From contig BEHE01000005.1 in the NCBI GenBank assembly GCA_002898395.1, forward strand, positions 1-64,000: a stretch of DNA of 64,000 nucleotides. The letters run 5' to 3'. This DNA comes from Candidatus Calditenuaceae archaeon HR02. GTDB lineage: Archaea > Thermoproteota > Nitrososphaeria_A > Caldarchaeales > Calditenuaceae. Below the pieces are notes generated by a model, which was not told the origin of the DNA, ran no database searches, and saw only the letters and a program-made list of their open reading frames with translations. The translations under genes were made by a program, and so were the position numbers. Numbering within the stretch: position 1 is the first letter of the stretch; every line of letters starts with the position of its first letter. This document shows, one piece after another, positions 50,137 to 59,622 of this stretch.

Positions 50137-50259
50137 GGAGTAGCAATAGTAGCTACTCCACCCAAAATATATTAATGCCTGCCCCTTCTCGGGGTTCTTA
50201 TATGTTGTCTGGCTGGTGCCTACGGCTACACCTTCCCCCTTTTTTCCCTTCTTCTCTTT
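50077..50259 (+). ncRNA. Candidate structured 3' RNA of the element plus pyrimidine terminator
   Basis: 50077-95 pairs with 50203-20 (18 bp including G-U); inner hairpins 50137-59 and 50181-95; C/T tract 50231-59. Confidence 0.4.
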
Positions 50260-50501
50260 GAGCTCATTCTTGTTATCAGCATCTTTGCAAGACGGGTTAT
50301 TGATCCTCGCTATTAATCCGTTTGTTGCGTATTGGTTTATGGCCTGGTCTTTATATAATCTGTTGGTGTGTTAGCGGTACTTGGGTCGCTTAGCGGTGAG
50401 CTTGTAGAGCTCTTTAAGATGGTTAGGTAGCGTAATAGTTATACTCTCCTAAATGTGGTTGTGGGAGGAGCTGGGGTATTGGTGAGGGGGTCGAGGAGGA
50501 G

Positions 50502-50888
50502 GTGAGGAAGTCCGAAGACCAGGGCTACAAGACATACACGGACAAACAATTATCCTCCAAAAAGCCTGTGAGGGGAGAGTGCATACTTTGTGGTGAGACG
50601 CTCCCAATAGTAGACGCGCTTAACACCCGTTACCCATGCCTAACAACCTGTCTCCGACTATTTAATTCGAGGCATCTAAGAGGGTGCCATGGCGAGTATC
50701 TTAAGCAGTCTGAGAGGAAGGCACCGATCTATTTCTACACCTTCACAGCATCTTCTCTCTCTGCGATAGTTTCTCTTCTGGCTGGGAATGTCTTTGCGGC
50801 TAGTCTATTCGCATTGGCTGCTGTGATATGTCTTGTTTGGGGGACTATTGTTCGGAGACGGCTTATCAAGAAATATGCAATGCGCTGA
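50502..50888 (+). CDS. Hypothetical Cys/His-containing two-TM protein
   Basis: CILCG..H...CH, then two TM helices. Confidence 0.6.
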   Translation: MRKSEDQGYKTYTDKQLSSKKPVRGECILCGETLPIVDALNTRYPCLTTCLRLFNSRHLRGCHGEYLKQSERKAPIYFYTFTASSLSAIVSLLAGNVFAASLFALAAVICLVWGTIVRRRLIKKYAMR

Positions 50889-50923
50889 GCTTATAAGCAT
50901 GTGTATAGACTCTCTATCATAGA

Positions 50924-51964
50924 GTGCGGATAGTCGACCTGTCCCCTGAGCTCTCACATAGAGCATTTTTACCAGTAAGTAGGCGGAAGATAATCATAGC
51001 CGGCGTCATAATTGCGGCCCTCTCTCTCTTGCTAATGGCTCTTGATCCTATGAGCCCTTTCAACACACAAAGCCCCAATCCCACATTGTTAATACTTGTA
51101 ACCGCCATCATCCTGATACTATTAGCCCTGAGCACAGGCAAGACCCCCCTAAGATCAGTAAGTGCCTTGCCCATAGACCGAGGCGAACAGTTGCGTGTCA
51201 GACTTGAGTTTAAGAGACCGATTAGCGGTGTCTTGGAAGTTGGAGAACTCATCGCGACCGAATACCAACTCGGTGAATCGATACGAACGTCTTTTGATCT
51301 CAATCCAAGTTCAAAGTCGGAGCTACACTCGATATCGGACTTACACGTTACTTTGCCGAGTGGTCGGGTGGCCGGTCTTCTAGTAGGAAGCGGCGAAAAT
51401 GCTAAGGGGATCCTAAAGTGCCCAGCCCTGAAGATATCGCTAATCAACGGTCCCGAGCTGTATGTTGTTTGGGTCAAATCTACTAGTGGTCCCTTAAAAA
51501 TCGGTCTTGAGAAATCATATCTCTACCTCGACGGCGCTCAATGCTCTCTAAGTTATGGGTCTAAGGGGAGTATCAATTACCTACTCTCTGCCGCAGAGAG
51601 AGCTGGCAAACTCTTCTCAGGTAAAGTCAAGCTAAAGCTGTTAAGAAGTCTCAACGACGGTGTCTTAAATCTAAGACACGAGGAGGTGATAGCAGATGTT
51701 AGGAATGGAGAGGTTGACTGGGGTGCTTGGAGCCCTAGGACATATAGCGGCGAGGATGTATTGATCGTCCTTAACGGGTCTAGGCGGCTAGGCGATTTAT
51801 TGAATGCTTTGAATCTGCGCGATTTCGTCGCAGACCCTGCTCCCGGCGTGGAATACTCCTTTGTCCTTGAGAGTGGGGGGTGGGGGCTGTATAGCGAGAG
51901 GGATGTCGCTTATATCACGATCAACTCATCTGGGAAGGAAGAAGAAAAAGAAGAGCGAGCCTAG
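50924..51964 (+). CDS. Hypothetical membrane-anchored protein
   Basis: 346-aa ORF with two N-terminal TM helices and a beta-rich remainder. Confidence 0.7.
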   Translation: MRIVDLSPELSHRAFLPVSRRKIIIAGVIIAALSLLLMALDPMSPFNTQSPNPTLLILVTAIILILLALSTGKTPLRSVSALPIDRGEQLRVRLEFKRPISGVLEVGELIATEYQLGESIRTSFDLNPSSKSELHSISDLHVTLPSGRVAGLLVGSGENAKGILKCPALKISLINGPELYVVWVKSTSGPLKIGLEKSYLYLDGAQCSLSYGSKGSINYLLSAAERAGKLFSGKVKLKLLRSLNDGVLNLRHEEVIADVRNGEVDWGAWSPRTYSGEDVLIVLNGSRRLGDLLNALNLRDFVADPAPGVEYSFVLESGGWGLYSERDVAYITINSSGKEEEKEERA

Positions 51965-52144
51965 GAGGGCTATGTAGAGTATCAATAGTAGAAGGCGGGT
52001 TCTTCTCTCCCTCTTAAGCCTCCCCTCATATACATTCCTGCACTCGTCTGAGCAGAGCTCCTCCTTAGGAGGGACTGGCCTTCCACATATGATGCAATGT
52101 CTATGATCGGGAATCCTAGTTCTCCGCTCTTTTGGCTGCGACAT
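51926..52144 (-). CDS. DUF2116-like Zn-ribbon membrane protein
   Basis: PDHRHCIICG..CSDEC plus a C-terminal TM. Confidence 0.8.
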   Translation of the reverse strand: MSQPKERRTRIPDHRHCIICGRPVPPKEELCSDECRNVYEGRLKRERRTRLLLLILYIALLGSLFFFFFLPR

Positions 52145-52171
52145 TGTAAATCCAAATCCTTGAGTCAGATA

Positions 52172-52978
52172 TTAACACTTTTTTCTTATCCTCTTGACGA
52201 ATATGTTGTAGAGCCGCGCATATCCTCTCTTCGTCTTCATAGATAAGATTCTTTGAGAGCTAAAGCCATGCCTAGAGGCTATTTTCGCGAGTTCTCGAGG
52301 CTCATAGAACCTAACATGCGAAACATCCAGAAACACGGCTACCTTTTCGCTTCGCCACCTTCTCAAGTATCTCTCCTCCTCGCTTGGGGGGCTGAATCCT
52401 CTGGGCCGCCCGAAGACGATATAGACGTCCCTGCTCTTCATTACGTTGCGTCTAATCTCCCCCACCGAGACGCGGACTATTTGGCCTCCCCTAAACCTCC
52501 AGGAATCGATGACTGGCCTGCCCACGTCGCTCCAGACTATATCGCTTGGTCTCTCATAGTCTATTATCAGGACTCCTCCCTCCCTGAGGAGGCGGGCAGT
52601 GTTGGAGAAGAATTTCTCCACATCTCTCAAGGTTACTGGGATTGACCAGTTTAGACAGAGGGCACCGTCAAACCGAGTCTCCGGGTTATAAGTGTAGTAG
52701 TCCGCTTTTACGAACCTTGCACCCTTTAGACCGCGCGCTCTCTTCTTGGCCACCCGTATCATCGATGGTGAGATGTCTATCCCGACTGCTCTATACCCTA
52801 GTCTCGCCAGTTCTCTAACATGTATGCCAGTCCCGCATCCAAGGTCTATTATACTCTTGACATGATTCTTCTCAAACACCCTGGCTATGAGCGAGATCTC
52901 TGCCTCATAGTCCCTCTCCTCTATCGTCTCGTAGAGTTCCGCCAGCTCATCATAGAGCGGCCGCAACCTGCTATTCAA
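52172..52978 (-). CDS. Class I SAM-dependent methyltransferase
   Basis: IIDLGCGTG, GIDISPSMI, LREGGVLIID; start inferred (ORF open to 53056). Confidence 0.9.
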   Translation of the reverse strand: MNSRLRPLYDELAELYETIEERDYEAEISLIARVFEKNHVKSIIDLGCGTGIHVRELARLGYRAVGIDISPSMIRVAKKRARGLKGARFVKADYYTYNPETRFDGALCLNWSIPVTLRDVEKFFSNTARLLREGGVLIIDYERPSDIVWSDVGRPVIDSWRFRGGQIVRVSVGEIRRNVMKSRDVYIVFGRPRGFSPPSEEERYLRRWRSEKVAVFLDVSHVRFYEPRELAKIASRHGFSSQRILSMKTKRGYARLYNIFVKRIRKKC

Positions 52979-53033
52979 CGCGGTGTAATTAAAACCTAAC
53001 GTGTTATATAGTCTATGTGCGATGGATGTAAGT

Positions 53034-53756
53034 ATGTCAAAGACGTGTTTCGACACCGCGGAGTATATAGTCTATCAACCATACCCTGGGCTCCACGTCG
53101 TCTATCACGCTAAAAAGGTGCTGTTCAGCGGGCAGTCAAGGTTTCAGAGGATAGATATCATAGACAACGAGGCCTACGGAGTCATGCTTCTCCTAGACGG
53201 GAACATTCAGCACACGGAGTTCGACTCGCACATCTTCAACAAGGCATTAGTGGGGCCGATTTTGAGGAGGAGGATGCGAAACGTCCTGGTTCTTGGCGGA
53301 GGTAGCGGGCAAACCCTTAAAGCGCTTCTCAAAAGCCAGAGCATAGAGAGGGTCACCATTGTCGAGATCGATCCACTTGTAGTGGAGGCATGCAGAGCCC
53401 ACATCCCGGGCGTTAATGAGGCTTTCGAGGACCCAAGGGTGAACCTGGTGATAGACGATGCCTTCAAATTCATCAGGAGGGATGATGGGAGTTATGATGT
53501 CTTGGTCCTCGATTTGACGGAGGAGTGGTTGGGCCAGAGTGTTGGGCTGGAGGAGCTCTACCGGTTCGTTGCTGTGAAGTGTAGAGGTCGCTGCTCGTGC
53601 TACATTGGGCCTGCCTCCCCGCAGTCAGGTGGTCCCGCGAGGAGGCATCAACACATCGCGGCGGCTAAGAAATTTCTCAAGGGCCTAAGGATCCGGAAGG
53701 TCTTTATACCATCATTTGGGAGCGAGCAGCTATTCCTTTACGGGGGCGGCCTGTAG
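53034..53756 (+). CDS. Spermidine synthase-like protein (atypical GGGSG motif)
   Basis: QSRFQRI, LLLDG.IQ, VLVLGGGSG, VEIDP, DPRV..DDA. Confidence 0.85.
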   Translation: MSKTCFDTAEYIVYQPYPGLHVVYHAKKVLFSGQSRFQRIDIIDNEAYGVMLLLDGNIQHTEFDSHIFNKALVGPILRRRMRNVLVLGGGSGQTLKALLKSQSIERVTIVEIDPLVVEACRAHIPGVNEAFEDPRVNLVIDDAFKFIRRDDGSYDVLVLDLTEEWLGQSVGLEELYRFVAVKCRGRCSCYIGPASPQSGGPARRHQHIAAAKKFLKGLRIRKVFIPSFGSEQLFLYGGGL

Positions 53757-54398
53757 TTATCTTCTCTGACCGACCAGAGGGTTCCTCCTAATATGCCTGC
53801 CGGAGCCATCCTTAAACCTCTCCTCCTTCCACACATTCCCCCTCTCGTGATAGCCATAAGACTCCCAAAAACCGTCAACATATGTGTCGGAGAACTCTAT
53901 CTCGCAGAGGTGCTTAGCCGACTTCCAGCCGTAGAGGTGGGGGATGAAGGCCCTGCAGGGAAACCCGTTCTCTAGCTTAAGCGGTTCCCCATTCATCCTC
54001 AAGGCTACAATTGCCTTCTCTGATAGGGCGTCCTCTATCGGGACAGGAGCCGTGTAACCATCTAGACAGCGGAACAATGCCCATGTGGCACTGCTCATTA
54101 CCCTTGCCTGCTCTGCGAACCATCTGATAGGGATACCCTCCCACAAAACGTCCTTTACAGACCATTTAGTTACACAGTGGAAGTCCGACACGTAAGTTAT
54201 CTTCATAGGATTATTTATGAGGGACTCGTATGAGAAATCCAGCTCTCTCTCAACGCTCCCCGTAATTCTTAGCCGATAGCTATCGAGATCTACCTCTGGC
54301 AGGCCTAGAGCTGCATAGATTATGAAGTCTCTAATATATCTCTGGCCGGGTGGAAGTTCCGTCCCCATCACTAAAATGTATGTGGAGGATCGGCTCAA
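53757..54398 (-). CDS. Sulfite oxidase-like molybdopterin oxidoreductase
   Basis: PPGQ, DFHCVTKWS, NGFP.R, YGWKSAK, GFWE.YGYH. Confidence 0.9.
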   Translation of the reverse strand: MSRSSTYILVMGTELPPGQRYIRDFIIYAALGLPEVDLDSYRLRITGSVERELDFSYESLINNPMKITYVSDFHCVTKWSVKDVLWEGIPIRWFAEQARVMSSATWALFRCLDGYTAPVPIEDALSEKAIVALRMNGEPLKLENGFPCRAFIPHLYGWKSAKHLCEIEFSDTYVDGFWESYGYHERGNVWKEERFKDGSGRHIRRNPLVGQRR

Positions 54399-54484
54399 TT
54401 AACTATATCTCCACTACTCGGTTTAAAAGTAGCGGCTTCCAGCGGCAAAACCTATTTGTTGACAATTAGTAATTGGTAGCGTGA

Positions 54485-54841
54485 GTGATGAGCAGGTATC
54501 TGGAGAAGCTCCCAGAGATGGTTAGGGTGAAGCTAGGCTACGCACCGGATCTCACCCCTATCTTGGAGCTATCTTTAGAGGAAGTGAATGGTTTTGGGCT
54601 TTTAGAAGCTGTAGAGGAGGCTGTGAAGAAGGGGGAGGAGCGATTGGATGTGCTGAGAAGGTTTGGGAGAGAGTTTCTATCCGCCGTACCCGAGCCAGTT
54701 GTGGCCCTCGTGCCTAGAGGCAGAATCGCCTCCTTTGTCAGGTTTTTAGAGTCTAGGGGTGTCAACCCGTTCAACGACCCCCTTATATTACGGCTAGGCG
54801 AAGCTGTCTTGACCATTTCCATAGAGTTTGAGTGTGGGTGA
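54485..54841 (+). CDS. Hypothetical protein
   Basis: 118-aa ORF ending in EFECG; coding-like composition. Confidence 0.6.
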   Translation: MMSRYLEKLPEMVRVKLGYAPDLTPILELSLEEVNGFGLLEAVEEAVKKGEERLDVLRRFGREFLSAVPEPVVALVPRGRIASFVRFLESRGVNPFNDPLILRLGEAVLTISIEFECG

Positions 54842-54903
54842 AGTGTGTCCTGTCCCTCGAGAAGGCCGGTAATCTTTAATTCTCGAAAAAATGTGCTAGA
54901 GTT

Positions 54904-55878
54904 GTGAAGGGCCTTATACTTGCTGCAGATGTGGGTGCGACTAATATGCGGGTTGGGGTGTTCGACGGTGAAGGGAGGCTGCTCCGGTTTAAGAGTGGAA
55001 GGACGCCTCAAACCAATACTTCCGAGTCTGTTCCGAGGGCGCTTTTGGACTTGGCTAAGGGGGTCGCAGGCCAGGATTGGTCCTCGATATGGAGGTGTGG
55101 TGTGGCCTCTATTGGGCCCCTAGACTCGCGGAGAGGAGTGATACTGAAGGCCCCGAATATTGCCGAGAAGGGGAGTGAGATCCCCCTCCTAGCCCATCTC
55201 AGGGAGGAACTTGACGTGGAGTACTACTTTCTTAACGACTGTAACGCGGCCGCCTATGGTGAATGGTGGTCTAGGAAGGAGGAGGGTGTCAGGAATCTAA
55301 TCTACGTAACAATCAGCAGTGGGATTGGGGGAGGAGTCGTAGACAATGGGCACCTGATCTTGGGCAAGATAGGTAATGGGGCTGAGATAGGCCACATCAT
55401 CATTGATGCGTCAGGGTATATGGATTGCGGGTGCGGTGGTCGTGGGCATTGGGAGGCGTATTGCTCTGGGGCTAACATTCCCCGCCTAGCTGAGAAGCTG
55501 CTTGAGGACGAGCGGCTGGAAAGGGGGACAGGATTGGAGAAGGCGTATGTTGAGAAGAGCCTCGACGCCAAGATGTGTTTCGAATTATACTATGCCAGAG
55601 ACAGGGCAGCTGTGGGGTTGTTTGAGCTGCTGAAAGACTTCTATGCAGCAGGCTTTGCAAGCGTAATCAACACCTTCGACGCGGAGGTACTAGTTATAGG
55701 TGGAGCCATCTATCTAGGCCATGAGTCCTTCTTCCAGCACGAGGTATTACCACGGATAGACAGGTTCCTCCTGCTTGACAAGCCCCGTATCGCTAAGCCA
55801 GTACACGGGGATCTGGCGCCACTATATGGTGCAGCCCACTGCGCGCTAGAAGGGGTGGAGGGGGCCAGAATCCATTAG
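54904..55878 (+). CDS. ROK-family sugar kinase (glucokinase-like)
   Basis: DVGAT, NDCNAAA.GE, SSGIGGG, EIGH, CGCGGRGHWE. Confidence 0.93.
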   Translation: MKGLILAADVGATNMRVGVFDGEGRLLRFKSGRTPQTNTSESVPRALLDLAKGVAGQDWSSIWRCGVASIGPLDSRRGVILKAPNIAEKGSEIPLLAHLREELDVEYYFLNDCNAAAYGEWWSRKEEGVRNLIYVTISSGIGGGVVDNGHLILGKIGNGAEIGHIIIDASGYMDCGCGGRGHWEAYCSGANIPRLAEKLLEDERLERGTGLEKAYVEKSLDAKMCFELYYARDRAAVGLFELLKDFYAAGFASVINTFDAEVLVIGGAIYLGHESFFQHEVLPRIDRFLLLDKPRIAKPVHGDLAPLYGAAHCALEGVEGARIH

Positions 55879-55909
55879 CTCCTGACCAGCAAAATTGATT
55901 TAGGGGAGC

Positions 55910-56623
55910 GTGAGGTGTAAGCTGGACAGCCCCCGATATATAGTCCTCCTCGCAGACTCTGCGGTTGAGTTCATTCCGAGGGAGATTTGGGGCCACCCCT
56001 CCGTGGCCTCCTACTGTAGAAAAAGGGGGAAGATTCCTGCAAGGACTCTCCTAGACTCCTCATATCATCACGCTGCAATGAGAGGGCTTCCCGGTAGAGA
56101 GAGGAGGGGGCGACCTGATATCCTCCACTTCACTATCCTAGAGGTTCTCGGTTCACCTCTCAACAAGGCAGAGAAGCTGGGTATATACGTCCATACTCAG
56201 CCCGGCTACTTGATCTGGGTGAACCCCAAGGTTAGGCTCCCGAGGAACTATGACCGCTTCAAAAGTCTTTTTGAGAAGCTGATGGTCGAGAAAGTGATTA
56301 AGTCTGATGCGGGGGAGATCCTGCTCAGGGTAATGGGCTCTGACCTCGAGAGCTGGGTGGAGAGAGTGGGGGCTGGGAGCGTGATTCTCCTCTCAGAGAC
56401 CGGTGTTAAGGTGGAAATGGGGATGTTGGAGGAGGTGTCTAAAAGTCCTAAGCCAACCATCTTTGTAGTCGGCTGTTTCCCCCACGGAGATTTTTCCCCC
56501 GAGATAAGATCGATCGCCGACCAGGTGGTCAGGCTCTCTGAACACACAATGGATGCGTGGGTTGCCGCTTCTAGGATTCTGTGTCTGCTGGAGCTGGCCG
56601 AGGCAAAGAATAAGCACGAATAG
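55910..56623 (+). CDS. nep1: 16S rRNA pseudouridine-N1 methyltransferase Nep1/Emg1
   Basis: LLDSSYH, RGRPDILH, RLPRNYDRF, G.FPHGDF. Confidence 0.93.
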   Translation: MRCKLDSPRYIVLLADSAVEFIPREIWGHPSVASYCRKRGKIPARTLLDSSYHHAAMRGLPGRERRGRPDILHFTILEVLGSPLNKAEKLGIYVHTQPGYLIWVNPKVRLPRNYDRFKSLFEKLMVEKVIKSDAGEILLRVMGSDLESWVERVGAGSVILLSETGVKVEMGMLEEVSKSPKPTIFVVGCFPHGDFSPEIRSIADQVVRLSEHTMDAWVAASRILCLLELAEAKNKHE

Positions 56624-56710
56624 GCGAGGACTGAATGAGCCAACCCCTCTGCTGCCTTGAGGCGTGATAGTCTTTAAATGCTGGCTTCTGTATGTTTTTT
56701 CAGATATTTT

Positions 56711-57133
56711 ATGTCCGCGTTAGCTTCGAGGAAGTTTGGAGAGGAGTTCGCATCACTGCTTGAGAGAGTTGTGACTGTTTCAATGTCTAATGGGAGAAAG
56801 GTTACTGGAAGGGTGGCGGCCTACAATCCCACAGATTACAGCCTATGGCTCGTAGATGCCACTTTGGATGATGGTAAGCCTGTCTCGAGGATATTCATCT
56901 CGGGCCGCGGTGTCTCTACAATCGAGGTGGTGGAGGCCGGCCCCGACCTAACCTCTCTATTCGAAAGGATAAACGCCCTCTTCCCCAACATGGCTAGGTA
57001 CATCCGGGAGGCTGGGGTTATAGTTGTGATGGATAGGATTAGGGTGACTAAAGACGGCGTTATTGAGGGGTCCGGGCCAGCTGCTGAAAGGATACAGAGA
57101 ATCTGGGAAGAGTGGAAGCGCGAGACGAGTTAA
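56711..57133 (+). CDS. SmAP3-type LSm protein with a C-terminal domain
   Basis: Sm fold plus FPNM..Y..AGVIVVMDRIRV..GV.EGSGP.AER. Confidence 0.88.
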   Translation: MSALASRKFGEEFASLLERVVTVSMSNGRKVTGRVAAYNPTDYSLWLVDATLDDGKPVSRIFISGRGVSTIEVVEAGPDLTSLFERINALFPNMARYIREAGVIVVMDRIRVTKDGVIEGSGPAAERIQRIWEEWKRETS

Positions 57134-57141
57134 GCCATTCT

Positions 57142-57849
57142 TTATGCCTCAAGCCTGGCAATGGTCCTGCTCGAGACAGTTATTAGCTCGCTTACTCCCA
57201 CCTCCTCTAATCCAAGTGAACAGAGCTTTGAAAGGGCCTCAACACCCCTCTGAGCTGCGTAATAGTCGGGTGTAGAATTCCCAATCTCAATCAACATGCC
57301 CATATTTTCAAGGCCCATCTGCCCCGCCATGACCATCATTATTCCCGCCGCTCCCACAATCTGCCCTCCATAGACTTCGCCTCCCACAAGTCCCATGTAT
57401 TTCTCGAGATAGGCCTTGCTGGTTGAGGAGCAGTATACCCTACGCCTCTGCGCGACGTCCTCCTTCCCACCCAAACCACCCAGCGTGAAGACGCGTCTCA
57501 CACCATGTTTAGAGGCGATGTCTATAATCTTTCCACACAGCTCGTGTTGACCGTAGCTGCTTGAGGGCTGTGAGGTGCCATACACTATCAGAGTTGGTGA
57601 AGGCTCTTCGACCGCGTATATGTCTAGGAAGTGGGGTAGGAGTTTTCCATCTGCTATGAACCCATATGAGGGGAAGTGGGGTGAATAGACTCTGCAGAGC
57701 CTTACATGCTTTACCTTCCCTAAAATGTATGCTATACTGATTTTTGAGACTAGTCCAATACCTGGGAGACCCTCGATTAGGGACGCATCTTCGAGATAGT
57801 AATCCTCCATGCCCCTCTCATAAACCACTATAGACTCGTTGACCGGCAA
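57142..57849 (-). CDS. PAC2-family proteasome assembly chaperone
   Basis: IEGLPGIGLV, YSPHFP, TLGG, G.IVGAAG, PD. Confidence 0.88.
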   Translation of the reverse strand: MPVNESIVVYERGMEDYYLEDASLIEGLPGIGLVSKISIAYILGKVKHVRLCRVYSPHFPSYGFIADGKLLPHFLDIYAVEEPSPTLIVYGTSQPSSSYGQHELCGKIIDIASKHGVRRVFTLGGLGGKEDVAQRRRVYCSSTSKAYLEKYMGLVGGEVYGGQIVGAAGIMMVMAGQMGLENMGMLIEIGNSTPDYYAAQRGVEALSKLCSLGLEEVGVSELITVSSRTIARLEA

Positions 57850-57889
57850 GACCTGATAAGTGATCTATCCTTGGTCTTATAAACCGTTC

Positions 57890-58807
57890 TCAGCCCAGAA
57901 GCAGGTTGACATATCTCGCAGCCCCGTCTGGAATTAGAGTCACGACAACTGAGCCAGGATTCTCCATTGCGACTCGAAGCGCAGCTGCAACGTTTGCTCC
58001 TCCTGACAGTCCCGCCAGAACACCCGCACGACTCGCTAGAAGCTTAGAGTACTGGTATGCCTCTTCTGTCGAGATCTTTATCAGCTCATTGGCGAAGGAT
58101 GGGTCATATATCTTCGGCTTTATCGAACTCTCCATGTGTTTGAGTCCTTCAATCCCGTGGAGGGGTCCGTCAGGTTGGACCTCAATGATTCTTATCCCCT
58201 TGTTATACTCGCGCAAGCGCTGACCGGCCCCCATCAGTGTTCCTGATGTCCCCACACCTACCACGAAGTGGGTTACCTTGCCCCGTGTCTGACGGATAAC
58301 CTCGGGCCCAGTCGTCTCGTAGTGGGCTTTGACGTTGGAGGGGTTATCGTACTGGTTTGAATAGTAGTATCTTTTTGGGTCGGTCTCTGCCAGCCTCCTG
58401 GCTTCCCTTATGGCGCCGTCAATACCCTCAAGCGGGTCTGTGAAAACTACCTCTGCTCCCAGTATCCGGAGAAGGTCAATCTTCTCTCGACTAATGTTTT
58501 TCGGGACAACTATCTTCGCCTTTAGACCGAAGCAGACGGCCATGAGAGATAGGCTGACAGCCATGTTTCCGGATGAGGCGTCGAGGATCGTCATGCTGGG
58601 GGTCACCAGCCCCTGCTCTAGGGCGTCTCTAACGATGTATAGGGCAGGCCTATCCTTGACTGAGCCGCTGGGGTTGAAAAACTCTAGCTTAGCAAGGATC
58701 CTTGACCCATTTTTGATTGAGAGTGGCCCGGTAAGATCTACCAGCGGGGTGTTTCCAACAGCACCTGCGACGTTTTGTAGAACGCCTCTACGCAGGACGC
58801 GATACAC
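57890..58807 (-). CDS. PLP-dependent cysteine synthase family protein
   Basis: GNTPL, KLEFFNPSGSVKDR, SSGN, GVGTSGT, SGGAN. Confidence 0.93.
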   Translation of the reverse strand: MYRVLRRGVLQNVAGAVGNTPLVDLTGPLSIKNGSRILAKLEFFNPSGSVKDRPALYIVRDALEQGLVTPSMTILDASSGNMAVSLSLMAVCFGLKAKIVVPKNISREKIDLLRILGAEVVFTDPLEGIDGAIREARRLAETDPKRYYYSNQYDNPSNVKAHYETTGPEVIRQTRGKVTHFVVGVGTSGTLMGAGQRLREYNKGIRIIEVQPDGPLHGIEGLKHMESSIKPKIYDPSFANELIKISTEEAYQYSKLLASRAGVLAGLSGGANVAAALRVAMENPGSVVVTLIPDGAARYVNLLLG

Positions 58808-58893
58808 AATAAATTAGGGCACCTCGAAGACCCATGTCCTAGCGTCCTATTTAGCTGTTCGTCTCCTTCACAGAAAAAGGGGACTCCCAAGAG

Positions 58894-59622
58894 CTAAAGA
58901 AGCTTCAATTCTGAGAGGAGGGCTTCGAAATCTTTCTCGGAATATGTCTCCTTATACCTCCTCAAGGTCTGCCTCTCAACCTTATGTAGACCAAGGTCCC
59001 GCCTCACCCGCTCTAGCCCTTTTGAGCCGATGTAGTTTAGGAGCGAGGTCAGGTTCTTGGGGCGGCTTGAAAAACCGGCTGAGCCGAAATCAATGATGAC
59101 CGGCCCGCTCTGAGTGACTATCACATGCTTGCTCGCGTCACTCAGTTCTCTATGGTCTATTCCCGCCCTGTCGAGCCTATGACACTGCAGTGCAGCTTCT
59201 AGTATCGTTTGCCTAGCAGTATGGCTGGGTGGGTTTGAGTGGACTAGCCACTTAGTCAGGTCTACACCCTCGACAAGGCTCATGACCAAGACCGGGTCGC
59301 AGTGCCCCAAGAGCCGGGGCCCCACGCCTATCCTGTTAGCCTGCTCGAGCATATATGCTTCACGGTAGGTTGACTTAACGGCATAGTCGAGCCTCCTCAC
59401 CTTAAGCGCCACCCTCACCCCACCCCTTAAACCAATCAAGACAATGTTTCTGAACCCTTTACCGATCAGTTTCAGTCGCACAGGGTTTTCGAGCATCAAG
59501 GCCTCCACACCCAGCTCCTCAAGGGCTCTCACCACCAGCTCTGCGTAGTCAGGGTCTGGCGATGGGTAGGAGAGCTGTAGCATGAGGGGGTGTTTTCTTC
59601 TTAGCTCCTCTATCTTTAGCAT
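58894..59622 (-). CDS. Atypical Ser/Thr kinase (RIO/Bud32-like)
   Basis: IGKG, VALKVRR, GIDHRELS, IIDFG; adjacent to cca. Confidence 0.85.
   Translation of the reverse strand: MLKIEELRRKHPLMLQLSYPSPDPDYAELVVRALEELGVEALMLENPVRLKLIGKGFRNIVLIGLRGGVRVALKVRRLDYAVKSTYREAYMLEQANRIGVGPRLLGHCDPVLVMSLVEGVDLTKWLVHSNPPSHTARQTILEAALQCHRLDRAGIDHRELSDASKHVIVTQSGPVIIDFGSAGFSSRPKNLTSLLNYIGSKGLERVRRDLGLHKVERQTLRRYKETYSEKDFEALLSELKLL

Noticed and set aside
48900-50500. TIGR dual-repeat array beside the Tas-like gene
   Set aside because: No ~36-nt periodic edge/loop repeats are visible on either side
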